DNA of 63,059 nucleotides from Psammoneis japonica (Eukaryota). The stretch is taken from the NCBI GenBank assembly GCA_008632985.1, contig QPGO01000120.1, forward strand, positions 186,001-249,059. The letters are read 5' to 3'. The position numbers and the translations under genes were made by a program. The notes under the pieces were generated by a model. The model had not been told where the DNA came from and ran no database searches. It saw nothing but the letters and a program-made list of their open reading frames with translations. Shown here in pieces: positions 23,334 through 34,907 of this stretch (within the stretch, counting starts at the first letter, position 1; each line of letters begins with the position of its first letter).

Positions 23334-26061
23334 GGCTGTTGTTGTTGACGTGCGGTGGGTGTTGTTGCATTAAAAAGATCCAAAGAAGGACAGACGGGTT
23401 GATTAAATTGATTCAATTCAAGTCAAGTTGTCCTCTCTCTCTCTCTCTCTCTCTCAGTGGCCTCCATGTTTGCAGTCCAACAGGATGAAACTGGGGGGCC
23501 ATGGGAGACTCGGAGCACATGGTGGGAAAGGAGATTTCCAAGATTGCAGGAGCGACTGTGACGAACAATCATGCAGTTGAGGCCGATGCATTGTCGGGCG
23601 TGATTTCGAAGGTTTGAGAGAGGTTGAGAGCAGGGAGGGTTGGCCATTGCACCTTTCCACAATTTCTGCAGTTCTCTGGATGGCGGGTTGTTTGGATGGT
23701 GAGGAAGGTGCAGGAAGACTGGGTTTGACTGGGGCTCTTCTGTTGTTCTGTCAGCATTGTCAAAGATGAGGTCATGTGCTTTTCGGAAGAGCAGTTGTAG
23801 TTTGCTGGGTTTGCAACCCCGGGCTTGCAGTCGAAGGCAGAGCAGGCTTGCTTTTGCTTTTGCGTTGGTGGTGTCGGAGCACAGGTTTTTAAAGCAGTGG
23901 AGCACACCCACAATGAGGCTGGTGAGTGCTCCAGGCGGGTGAGCTGAGTGAGGTGGGATGCACATGCACAGATTCATTTCTTTTTCGTAGAGGGTGGTGT
24001 GGATGTGGGGGCCTTGGAGCGAGATTGTCAGGTCCATGAAGTTAACTTGGTGGCTTTGCAGGCTCGTGATCCAAGCAATGTCAAAGTCATTCAGTCTGGA
24101 GGCAAATGCTTCCCAGGTGGCGGCATCAGTGGCAGTGTCAACAATGTGCCAAATGCCAAAGACGTCATCAACAAATCATTTGCAATGAAAAAGCTGGGAG
24201 CTAAACTCCTCCAGGAGCATGTCTTCGTGGAGTGCACAGTGTGAGGTGGCACATGGAGGGGCGGGTGGTGTGCCCATGGTGGCTCCGTTGCGCTGGTGCC
24301 AAGTGGTGTCTCCAAAGGTGAACACATTGTTTTCCATCACAATTTGGAGTGCTTTGATGAGGGCATCCATTGGCACGTCGTCACATTTGTGTTCATGACG
24401 TCAGAGGCAGGAGGCAATCAATCAAAATGCTTTTCTGGTGGGTGTGTTAGAGCAGCAGGCCTCGGCATTGGATGTGAAGAGGAGGCAATGCGATGGCACC
24501 TCCATTTGGACAAGTGCTTGTTTCAGGTCCAGGGAGCTCTTGAAGTGTGATCGTTGGCAGCAAGCAACTTTCTGGAGCTTGTCATCCACCCAGATGCCCA
24601 AGCCGTAGAGCAGGCTGCCGCTGGTGGAGACGATCGGTCGGGATCGGAGCGGAGGGGGCTTGTGCACCTTTAGAGCAAGGCAGAAGATGGGGAGTGGGTC
24701 TTTGTCAGTTTCAAGACAATGTTTCAGATGCTTGCGTTCCATCGGGGCAAGGCCAGTTTTGTGTGTCTTGAGCCAGTCATTGAGGAGGTTTTTGATGCGG
24801 TGTTCTTGGGTTCCAGCTTCAAACTCACTCAAAAATCGACACGTGTTGGCATCATTGAGATGATCGCGAAATGCCATCTTGATGCATTCGGTCTTTTTGA
24901 TGATGGCGGGCCCCAGGTTCTTGTTGCATTGGGCCATTGTGAAGTCGTCTTGTTTGTGAAGAAAGGCCAGGGCGTGTTGTTGGTGAGGCAGTGGGTTGGT
25001 TCTGCCGCGGCGTTTCACAAAGAGGTTGGTGACTTGTGATTTAAAAGTGGTGCATCGACAGGTGACAATGTTGGCAAGTTTCCAGGAAGGGGGGGTTCAG
25101 TTGGAACGGAGGCACATCCTGGGATTGCAATCTCCATCATCGTTGTTGACAGGTGCATTGGTGAAGTGATCTCGTTTGTCAAGGTCTTGTTTGAATCTTC
25201 CAAGTGCATGTTCTTGGATCTTGGAGGACTTCCCGTTGTTGGTGAAGTGTGGAGCAGGAACAAATTTCAAGCTGAGACCAAGCAGTGATTGGAGGTTCTT
25301 TGGTGGTTGTTTGGTGGTGGTGCAATCATGGAAGGCAAGGTGTGAAGGCCTGTCAAAGCAGCGCCAGGCAGGCATGTGTCGCAGGTGGGTGCAGGCATTG
25401 TGTCGGATTGTGTGAGATGGGTCGGCGATGAATCCGCATGTGTGATGGATTTGGCACTCTGTTGCCTCTAGTGCCTGTTCCGATTGTTGTTGGAGTGCTG
25501 CTGCTTCTTTTTCGATTGCTGTTTCGATTTGGAGTGGCGGCGACTGTTTTTGTTTGCGCTTGTGGTGTCGTTGTCGGCATCGTCAGCTTCGCCGTCACGT
25601 TGAGCACGTTGTTTCTTCACATGAGCCGATGAGGCACCTTTGCCCTTTTCTTTTTGTGATGAGGCACAGGCGGTGTAGTTTCGGCCCCTCGGGTTGTTTG
25701 ACTGCTGTGCTTTGATGGACTTGAGGCATTGAGCAAGCGTGCTGACCTGTTGGGAGAGTTTTTTGGCATTTTTCTCGGTCTCCTTGCGGATGAGCTCTTG
25801 GAGGGTGGGAGGGTCGACTGCAGCTTTGCCATCAATTTCCATGTTTGTGCTCTCGGCAGCCTTGGCATCGAAGTGTTCCTTGTTGAGTTTCTTCAATTGG
25901 AGGCTGATGTCGTGTTTTCTGTTTGGATGCCAGGCAGTCAGTCCAGGGAGACACGAAGATGCATTCAAGCGCCCGGAAGATCTTGCTGAGTTCAGTCTCG
26001 ATTTTCTGTTGCGCAGCGGTGATTTGTGGAGCGGCGGGTGCTGGTGCCATTTCTTGTGCAA

Positions 26062-26349
26062 GACGTGTTCCAGCTGCACGCGAACCAAATCGTGCGCAAA
26101 AACGACATTTGCGCGATTTTTGCACGGTCCCCAACTTGCGATCGAACTTTCACCACCAAAAGCATGGATTTGTGCAAACACAAACAATGTTTTGCAACAC
26201 CAACAAGACTCGTGTGAGTGTTGCAATGTCGCTGTTGTTGTCAAATCTTTTGAGCATTTCATGTCAAAATGCTCCATGCACTAAAACACACACAAGCTGC
26301 ACTCAAAATCGATCATCGTTTTGTGCATCACCTGGGACTGGAACACGTC
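26062..26349 (+). mobile_element. MITE (288 bp) nested in PLE ORF1
   Basis: TIRs GACGTGTTCCAG...CTGGAACACGTC. Flanks GCAA / GTAA form a 4-bp TSD with one TA>CA change. Confidence 0.9.
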
Positions 26350-26490
26350 GTAAGGAACAAGGAGTCACTGGCTCAGTCGTCTTGAGTTTGAGACTGTCGA
26401 GCAGTTGGAGCAACCAGCGGTTGCGGCAGGTCAGCAACAGCATTTGCTGTCTTGCACTTGGTGAGAAACACGTTGAGGTTCTCGACCTTG

Positions 26491-26936
26491 TGCAATGTGC
26501 AGCCACTGATGAGAGTCAATGTATCACGGCGACGTGTTACAGCCTTTAAATGTCACAAAGGGCGTGACAAAAATAACCTTTTGTCTGCATGCATGCTGCG
26601 TTGTGAATTCACAGCGGAGTGGCACATCGTAACCACCAGGCAGGAGGCCAGGGGTTCGAAACCCGAGTGGGAGTTGTCTGCAGCAACGTTGATCACTGTC
26701 GAACGCGTAAAACTCTGTGCAGTTCTGTGTGTTCCTTCGTACGTACCCACACTGTTCCGCCAAAACCGTGCAGTGTCAGCACACGTTAGTAAAGAGCCGC
26801 ATGGACGCGTGATGCATGGGGAGGAGTGCAACATGCAGCTGCCAATGAGAGTCAATGCATCACGGCGACGTGTTGCAGCCTTTAAATGTCACAAAGGGCG
26901 TGACAAAAATGACCTTTTGTCTGCATGCATGCTGCA
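26491..26936 (+). mobile_element. TRIM (miniature non-autonomous LTR element) nested in PLE ORF1
   Basis: 110-bp LTRs at 26491-26600 and 26827-26936 (TG...CA). Polypurine tract GGGGAGGAG before the 3' LTR. CTTG TSD on both sides. Confidence 0.9.
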
Positions 26937-27656
26937 CTTGATGTGCTTTGGCAGCATTTCATTTCAGCGGTCAAGCAGGGTGACCACTGCGGTGTTGACA
27001 GGTGTGGTGATGCTGTCGGCCACAGCAAAGCTTTCAGTTGTGAGTCGGATGGCTTTCGTGCAGGACTCCAAAATTTCTTCTTGGATGACGTTGAGTTCAA
27101 TCCTGGTGGCTTGGACAACTTGCTTTTTGAAGGCTTTTTGGTTGGCAGAGATGAGGTCATTGGTTTCCTCCTGCAGAGCCAAAAACTCCTGGCTCTGTTC
27201 AGCGGTTTTCGACATTTGGAATTTGAAATTGATTCGGGCTGAGCGGGGGATGAACTCTTCATCGCTTTCCATTCATTGGACATGAAAGGCCTTGTCATGG
27301 GCCTTGGCTTGCAGTTGGATTTGGTTGATGGCAAGCTTCTCGAGGATGGTGGCCATTTCTGGTTGGAGCGACATGATGTGGTCCCCGATGCATTGGGTGG
27401 CGGTGGCAAGGGGTGTCCTTGTTTGCTGGTTGGCTGGGTTCACCGCAGTCGAATCGAAGCGCGTGTGTTTTGGGTTGGTGGTCTCGGTCGCAGCATCCAC
27501 TGTTGTCTTTGTGCTCTCTCTCTCTCGAACAATCAAAATTGGCAAAGCCAATTTTCCGTCAAATGTGACAAACAATGGCAACGCAAGCAGCCAAGGCAGA
27601 GCCACTCAATCGGACATTTGTCCAACCATTTCAGCAACAGCAGGCACAACAACGTT

Positions 27657-27704
27657 GGCCAAAGTCAGGAGAATGAGACTTTCGCGGTGGCTTCATCAGT
27701 GGCC
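27657..27704 (-). ncRNA. Type I hammerhead ribozyme in the PLE terminal repeat
   Basis: Identical core and stems to 23286-23333. Confidence 0.7.
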
Positions 27705-27800
27705 GGCTGTTGTTGTCAACTTGCAGCGGGCATTGTTGCATTAAAAAGATCCAAAGAAGGACAGATGGGTTGACTAAATTGGTTCAGTTCAAGTCAAGTT

Positions 27801-27836
<36 letters not shown>

Positions 27837-27840
<4 letters not shown>

Positions 27841-28863
27841 GAGGAGTCCTCGCTCCGGTTGTCTTGTGGTGCAGAGACCATGAACAGAACAAAGCATCTC
27901 TGGCCACTGCTGCAACAGGAAGCAAGCCGCAGATGTTTTGCCCTGACCACCTTTTGCCAATGGTGCAAAATGCCAAAGCCTGGCAGCATTGTGCAAAACA
28001 GCTGTTGTGTCTGGGTGCAATTGCCAAATGGTGTGCACCAGCGCCAAGCAATTGTCGCCGGCTGTGATGTGCAGATGCAACTTGTGCCACCCTCTTCATT
28101 CTTCATCCACTGGCTGCGCAAGCTGAGGAGCAACTTGAAGCATGTTTTTGACAGCATCTTGTGCAAGCAAGCAACTTGGACAGAAAACCATGCACCACAA
28201 GCTGCCAGAAAGCTTGTGAATTGTGCGTGTGCTTTGTTTGGAAATCTCTCAAGCAAAGCCATTTTTGCCCATGGAGACAAAATCCTGAAGCATCTCCACA
28301 AGCTTTCTTTAGAAAACATGAGAACAAGAAGCCATTTGCTTGCTGCAATGATGACAGCATGTTCTGAAAGTCCTCATCCTGAGTGACATCTGCACCCAAG
28401 GCTCCTGTCTCCATCAGGCTTTTGTTCCAATGCACCCACAATGGCACATCGTTGCATGACTTGATCTTCAACAATGAGTCTGGTTGCTTTGCCTTGACCA
28501 AAAGTTGCACAAAATCTTGGAAAAGATGTTGAAGGACAGCTCTCTCACTCTCTCTCTCTCTCAATTGAATGAACAGAAAATTGGTGCAGCCAATTCTCTG
28601 TCAAATGTGACAAACAAGAAGATGCAAGCAGCCAATGTGGAGTGCTTGACAGGATTTTTGTCCAACTGTTTCAGTTGACAGCAGGCACAACAACATCAGC
28701 TGAAGTCAGGAGAATGAAACTTTCATGGTGACTTCATCAGCGGCTGGCTGCTGTTGTTCATGTGGTTGAGGTTGTTGCACTAAAATGATCCAGGGGGTGA
28801 GGGGCAGACTGAGGGCACGACATTGCAATTTGAGTGGCTTGAATCATGCACTGCTCTCCACAT
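27837..28863 (+). repeat. Right copy of the ~1-kb direct repeat
   Basis: Matches 22114-23083 and includes a hammerhead variant at 28698-28745. Confidence 0.9.
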
Positions 28864-29211
28864 CTCTCTCTCTCTCTCTCGCTCTCTTGGTTGATTGAAC
28901 AAATGAGTTGGCACAGCTGATTTTCCATCAAATTGACCAACAAAGAACAAAGAGTGGCTGAGGCTGGAGCCACCATTTTGGATGTTCACCCACCTGTTCA
29001 GCAAGTGGCAGGCACAACAGCATTGACTGAAGTCAGGAGTGAGACTTTTGCAGTGGCCAGCTGCTGTTGTCAACGTGTGGTGGTTGAAGCTCTTTTGTGT
29101 TAAAAAGATCCAAGGTGAGTGCAGCTGTCACTGTGGGGAGGACAGATGGGTGGATTTGAGTGACTGGTTTTCAGATCAGCAGCAGGTTGGTTTCTCTCTC
29201 TTTCTGTGTGT

Positions 29212-29244
<33 letters not shown>

Positions 29245-29246
<2 letters not shown>

Positions 29247-30170
29247 GCAGTGGCCTCCCTGTTTTTTGCAATCTGGCAGAACAAATCTGGGGGGGGCATT
29301 GGAGATTCAAAGCTTGTGGCATGACAGCAAGTTCCCAAGAATGTGTGCATGGCTGCAGCATGCAATCTTGCGGTCTGGGCCAATGCATCGTCGTGTGCAG
29401 TTGCGAAGGTGGGAGAGTGGTTGTGAGTGGGGAGGGTGGGACACAGCGCCTTTCCAAATTTTTTTAAGTTCACTTGAAGGTGGGTCATTTGGATGAAAGG
29501 GCATGTGGAGAAAGATTGGGTTGGACTGGGGTGCTGCTGCTGCTCTGGCTGCATTTCCAAAAATCAGGTTGCACGCTTTTTGGAAAACTGGTTGCAAGTG
29601 GTTGGGTTTGCATCAATTCCATGGGCTTGCAGGCAACTGCACAGCAGCTTCATCTTGGTTCAAGCATCATGCAGATCAGAGCAAAGGTTTTGAATTGGAG
29701 CAGCGTGCCCATGATGAGACCAGTGAGTGGCTGCTCCAGGCGGGTGGGGGCTGAGCAAGATGGAAGAATGTGCAGACATGAGCTCATCTCCTTTTTGCAG
29801 AGTGCAGTGTGGAGTTGTGAGTCTTAAAGAGAAATGGTCAGGTCCACAAAGTTGACTCAGCTGGATCTGGGGCTGGTGTGACCCAGGTGATGTCAAAGTC
29901 ATTTGGCCTGGAGGTGAAGGCTTCCTGGTGGGTGGCACTGGCAGCAGCATTGGTGATTTTCCAGATGCCAAGTGCATCATCTGCAAAACATTTTGGTGTC
30001 CCTTTCCATCTCTCTCTCTCTCTCTCTCTTTCAGTGGCCTCTCTGACTGCAGCCTGGCAGGATGAAACTGGGGGGCCATGGGAGATGATGCATCTGGAAA
30101 ATGTTGATGTCTGAGTGGAAAGATTGGCAAAAGCATCAGTTGTTTGCATTGTTGCCCAAGCTCCATGCAC
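29245..30170 (-). mobile_element. Two 5'-truncated Penelope-like 3' fragments (about 29247-30005 and 30031-30170), each abutting (CT)n
   Basis: FADDALGIW, PIFLHMPFHPNDPPSSELKKIWK and LGNLLS. Both start (TC)n..CAGTGGCCTC, as at 23455. Confidence 0.8.
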
Positions 30171-31004
30171 TCACCAACTCAGTTCCTGCCTCTCTCTTGC
30201 CTTGTGTTCCAGTGCGCTGTCCCCCCCCCCCCCCCTGATGCTCTTCTGTTGCCTTCCCTTGCTGCTGATGTCATTGTCATGACATTTTACGAGCCTTGTG
30301 CATTGCATTTTGTGTCTTGTGAGGAAATGTTGTTTGGTGTTTTTGCAGCAATGTTGAGCCTGTCTGCCTGGTGATTTCTTTCAGCATCACTTTTTGGGTG
30401 ACAATTTTGTTTTAAAATTCCATGCTCACATTTGGTTTTGAAGGTTTGAATGATTTGAAATGACTTGATGAATCATCCAGTCATTGAGGTTCTGCACGTG
30501 TGTCTGCAGTCGGTCAATTTCTCATTTCTCATCGTGTCAATGTTTCTTGTTGAGGGGGGTCATCCCCCAGTTTTTAGCTCGCATTTTGCAAAAAAGGCTC
30601 GTGTTCTAAAACTGTCATCTTGAGCATGTGCGTGATGCGGACCAGCACTCGTGCATGCCATGAAAACGCGTCATGTGTTTGATTGTAAAGCTCTGTAGTG
30701 TGGTGGTCTCTGCTGCAGCTAGCGGAGCAGAACAGAGTGCTGCATCGCTGCATCCAGACACTTTCACATCGGTGCTCATTCTAGCCAAGTTTGTGCAAAC
30801 CTTTCTGTCATGACTCAGTCCTCACGAAAACTGGTTCGATCTCACACAAGATGAGTGCTTCAAGTTCCAACAATGCCAAGTCCACACAAGAAGAAATTCT
30901 GGCTGCCATCAGATCTTCGAGATGTTGTCGTTGAATCAGGTGTGGACAGCCGTGTGTCTGCAGACAACTTCAGTCACGTGCTTGGCGACATGTGTTGAGA
31001 TGGG

Positions 31005-33317
31005 TTGGTGGCTTGTGTGCCTTGGAAGAAACGTCTTTACCATTGCTTGGATGCCTCGACCTCGGAGGCTCCAAAAGATCAGAATCTCAAATTGATGCCT
31101 CCTTCGAACACGGAGTTCACATCAGCCAGTGACGACGGTGCAGATGCAGTCAAGAAAATTGCTGCAGAGCTTGATGCCATCAGCAAGGAAGGCAACAAGG
31201 AAAATGATGATCCATCAAAAAACAACTTGCCAATTGATTTTGAAAAGTTGATGCTGGACGGAATGAGAATGGTTGGAAACCATCAATTTGGCCTCTTTGC
31301 ACATTGGAGCTTCAATCGCTGCAAGCATTGCAAAAGCAAGAACATCATGTCTGCCAACATTGAGATCTTCAAATTCAAGAAGGACGGATTTGGCTCAGTT
31401 GATTGTCGTTGCTGCACCGGCTGCAAGGAAAACCATTCTTTTCATGCGTGTGAAGAATTGAAAATGCCGTTGGTGGCAAAAGGGAAGAAATGCTCTTGCA
31501 AACAGCTTGTGGCAAATGTCTTGATGCCAGCCAGTCTAAAGTGTGCTGGCATCAATCCTGCCAAAGCAATTGAGTTTTTTGGCGAGGCTGGTCTGATGGT
31601 GCCAACAGAAAGAAACCTCAGAAAGGAAATGGAAAAGACACACACGGCATTGCCAGCAGAGATGCAGTCAACAGCAATTGAAAATCAAAGACGGGTTGTT
31701 GCCGCTGTGAGATCTTCCCCTGATTTCAAAGAGGAGGTCAACACAATCCAGTGGGTGGGGAAGGATGGTGTCCAAAACAAGACCATTTCTGTTGCTGCAA
31801 TGATGGATGCTGCCGGTGTGACTCGCTCTTACAACAACTGCACCACAGGCACTCAGCTTGGTGCTGCATTGACATCCCATGTTCTAGATTTGCCAATGGC
31901 AGTTGGTGCATCACGAACATCTTGCATGAAATGCTGTCATGCAATGCATGACGCGATGTGAAATGGTGAGAAGAATCCTTCGCTTTTTGTCAGAAAGCAC
32001 AAAGGTGAGTGCATGAGCAATTCCATGGATGGCCCGGCAGTGGCAGAGGAATTTGTGCTTGAGAAGTTTGGATGGGACCCACCACCAGACAAGGATGGTG
32101 CATGTCTGGGGGATGATGTTGCTTTGCATGTTGATTGGACAGGGGCCGATGGAGATTCTAAGGGCCACAACCGTTTGTCACGGAAACAAGTTGAGATCAT
32201 TGGTGACAAAGCCGCAGGTTGGTGTCAAAAGCTCCCGTGTTCTTCTCACACAGGAAAAAATTTAACCAAGGCTTTCTTTCAATTGAGAGACAGCAACCCG
32301 AGCTTTCGTGGAGTGGGTGGTCTTGAAAATGCTCGTGTGGCCGCTGTGTCGAGCGACATCAAAAAATGTCTCAAAGAACTGAACGCTGCAACATGGGAAA
32401 AGGGTGCCGAACCAACAAAGGAGCAAATGCTTGACACTGAAAGGAAAATGTTGAATGTTTTCCCTCATCACATGGGGGGCCATTCGGGCTGCATGGACTC
32501 AGAGCATTGTGGCTTTATAAAAACAAAGTTGGGATGCGGGCACACGCTTGAGGAGCAACTCACGAAAGAACGAGAAGAGGAATTGTGCAAAGAGATGACA
32601 AAAAAGGGACATTCTTGCTTCGACTGCAGCTTGGAGCTTAACGATGAAGGTCCACAGAGAGTGATGAGAGAAATCTCTTTGAGATGCAATGACAAGAGCA
32701 TCCTGGGATTGTCCAAGTGCCTCACTGCCAACCAAGTTGAGTCACTTTGGGCACAGGTGACAAAGCAATCTGAGGGAAAGCGCCTCAATCAAAACTGTTC
32801 CGACATGTGGGAAATTGCCGTCGGCTTGGCAGTGCTTGCGAAATCAAATCTAAGCAAGTGCAAAAAAACATTGTTCAATGATCTTGGCTTGGAAGAGTCT
32901 GGGGAACAGAGGAAGTTTTGACTGCGGCATGAGAACAGGCGTCAGAAGAAACTGGCTGTGAAAGCAACCGAATCTTACAAAAATGGCCACCGCAGGAGCA
33001 AAATCGTAAAGCAGGCCTGTGGCAGGAAGCCGAAAGAATCACACAAGTGCAAGCCAGAAAAGGTCAAACCAGGTGAGGACGCAACATTGAAACGCAAGAG
33101 AAAAAATGGGCCATGCCAGAATTGTTCCGGCGAGGGTCACACTGCAGGAAAATGCAACATGCCGAAGAAGCACAAGCAAGATGACCTTTTGCTTGATTCT
33201 GTTTGGTTCGACGGCTGTGACAAGAGTCAGCTTGTGTTGCAAGCAGGTCCCGAGCAAGTGGTTGTTCCATGTGTGATGAGCAGCAGCGGTGCCCGCACAA
33301 GCAGTTCTTCTGAATGA
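31005..33317 (+). pseudogene. Kolobok-type DDE transposase with C-terminal zinc knuckle, interrupted by stops
   Basis: MDAAGVTRSYNN, GADGDSKG, KLPCSSHTGK, HHMGGHSGC...HC, TANQVESLW and CQNCSGEGHTAGKC. Confidence 0.75.
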
Positions 33318-33349
33318 TGAGCAGCAGTGGCAGTGGCAGTTTTGTTGTC

Positions 33350-34700
33350 TCATCGCAAGCAGGCGCCGAACAAGCAGTCAGCTGTTCCAAACAATGATTG
33401 CCAGTGGCAGTGTTGGTGTCTTTTGAAATCCTGAAATTCTGTGCATGGCTTGTCTGGAGCATTTGGCCATGACATTCGAATCACAGACACAAGGCACTCT
33501 GGCAACTCTTTTCGATTCCCAGCACCCTTGACAAAATGCATGTTTGTCACAAACCAACAATGCAACAGATTCCTTCTCAATTGGTTGTCCATTTTCTCGA
33601 CATCATGGTCAACAAAACAACATTGCTCTGAAATGGACTCCAGAAACTCAAGGGACTGTGCCTTCTGTTGATGCTGTTCTGCAACACAAAAATGAAACCA
33701 CTGCCCATGTTTGGAGCAAAGCCGGCCACCACGATGGCAAAAGAGGTGGCCACCCTCAGGCAGCTTCCTCACATCATCTCGCTCCTGAAACGCTTTGATT
33801 TGATGGTGCAACAGAGTGACTGGGTTTTCAAGAGCACAGAGATGGGCAGGATTGGGATGCAGCACGAGCTCATTCCCCTCTTTTTGTTCTTGTGCGGTCG
33901 CATGCGACAGTCCCTGCGAGTCAACGTCAACAAGCGGGCGACAAAGGAGTTCATGTTGCACAATTGCAGTGCCAATTTTTGAAACATCACTTGCACTGTC
34001 TGAAGGCAATGATCAGTCCTTGTGCCGTGTGGGCGCAAACATTTTCAGCTTTGTGATGGGTTGGCCAGTCGTCAGTTGCATCTTCACTGGATGCAGCAGG
34101 TTCGTCACCGGTGCGCCGAGACAAGTTTTTGATGAACCATCCCACAATTCCAAGTGAGCTCGTCGCATGCTTTGATTTGTTTTTTTGTCATGTCCAGACC
34201 CTTCAAATTCAATGCTTGACAAGAGAACCCTTGCAGCTGGCTCGAAACAGTTTTCTGCAATGTCAGATTCTGACATCAGTGCCTGAAAGAATCCACTCGA
34301 CAGTTCCAGGATAGACTGAATGGTTGGAGACCTGTCTTGAGAGTCTGTCAATGGCGAGTCATTGTCTGCCATTGGAAACTTGTCACTGTGGCTCTTGGTG
34401 CAGGCAACAAACTGACGCAACTCGGAACATGAATCAGAAGTCCAGCAGTCCGCGTCACTTCTGGCTCGCAGCAAAACCGCTGAAAGCATCTTCTTCTCAG
34501 ACGCTTGAACCTTGTCACATCTCCTCTCAGCCTTTTCATCCTGTGTCTTGAGTTTCTTGTGTCGCTTCTTTGTGTTGTTGCCTGAACGTGGTTCGTCAAG
34601 AAAAAGAAAAAGCAGCAGGCTGTGAGAGCATGCTGTGGTTGCATCAATGCGTGTCAACATGCATCGACTGTTCTCAGTGATGCAGTCTTCCGCCATGAGA
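33350..34700 (-). pseudogene. KolX accessory protein (P2X7 C-terminal/nanor-like domain)
   Basis: RRNLLHCWF...GAGNRKELPECLVSVIRMSWPNAPDKPCTEF matches the R..AY..F...LG..NR..LP.CVV..IR..FP....YTGF pattern once Tyr>His/Cys is reverted. Confidence 0.7.
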
Positions 34701-34907
34701 CCATTGCATCATGTCGATCATTTGTCATCTGGAGAAGATGCTTTTGATGCAAGTCGGACGGCAGCAACCCTCCGTTGCACTCACCTGGCTTGTCCGAAGT
34801 CGCCATGGTTGCCATGTTGCAAGTGCGGCGAGTGCTGTTTTTGGCAGAAAATCACGAGCTACATTGTCCAAATTCGAGCTAAAAAAGTAGAGACTGACCA
34901 CCCTTAA

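Larger units (their letters stand above)
23141..27803 (-). mobile_element. Penelope-like retroelement with no visible endonuclease: terminal direct repeats (27514-27803, 23141-23432), ORF1 (~27500-25470) and RT (~25400-23480), degenerate
   Basis: LLGLSLKFVP, NKNLGPAII, KVHKPPPLRSRPIVS, NNVFTFGDTTWHQRNGATMGTPPAPP, FVDDVFGIW, MDLTI..TTLYEKEMNL..IPPHSAHPPG and NLGNLLS. No GIY-YIG motif seen. Confidence 0.85.
30554..34903 (+). mobile_element. Kolobok-type DNA transposon (about 4.35 kb), full length but inactivated
   Basis: Imperfect ~50-bp TIRs GGGGGGTCATCCCCCAGTTTTTAGCTCG.. / ..CGAGCTAAAAAAGTAGAGACTGACCACCC. Flanks are TTGA (mutated TTAA) and TTAA. Convergent transposase and KolX ORFs. Confidence 0.85.

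Noticed and set aside
26503..26530. CTGATGA in the TRIM 5' LTR as a hammerhead core
   Set aside because: No stem II/GAAA follows, and the 3' LTR reads CCAATGA at this position.
23423..34700. Alternative genetic code or RNA editing restoring Tyr codons in TE ORFs
   Set aside because: The same changes occur in non-coding TIRs, LTRs and TSDs, and the ORFs also contain frameshifts and stops. Neighbouring host genes use the standard code.
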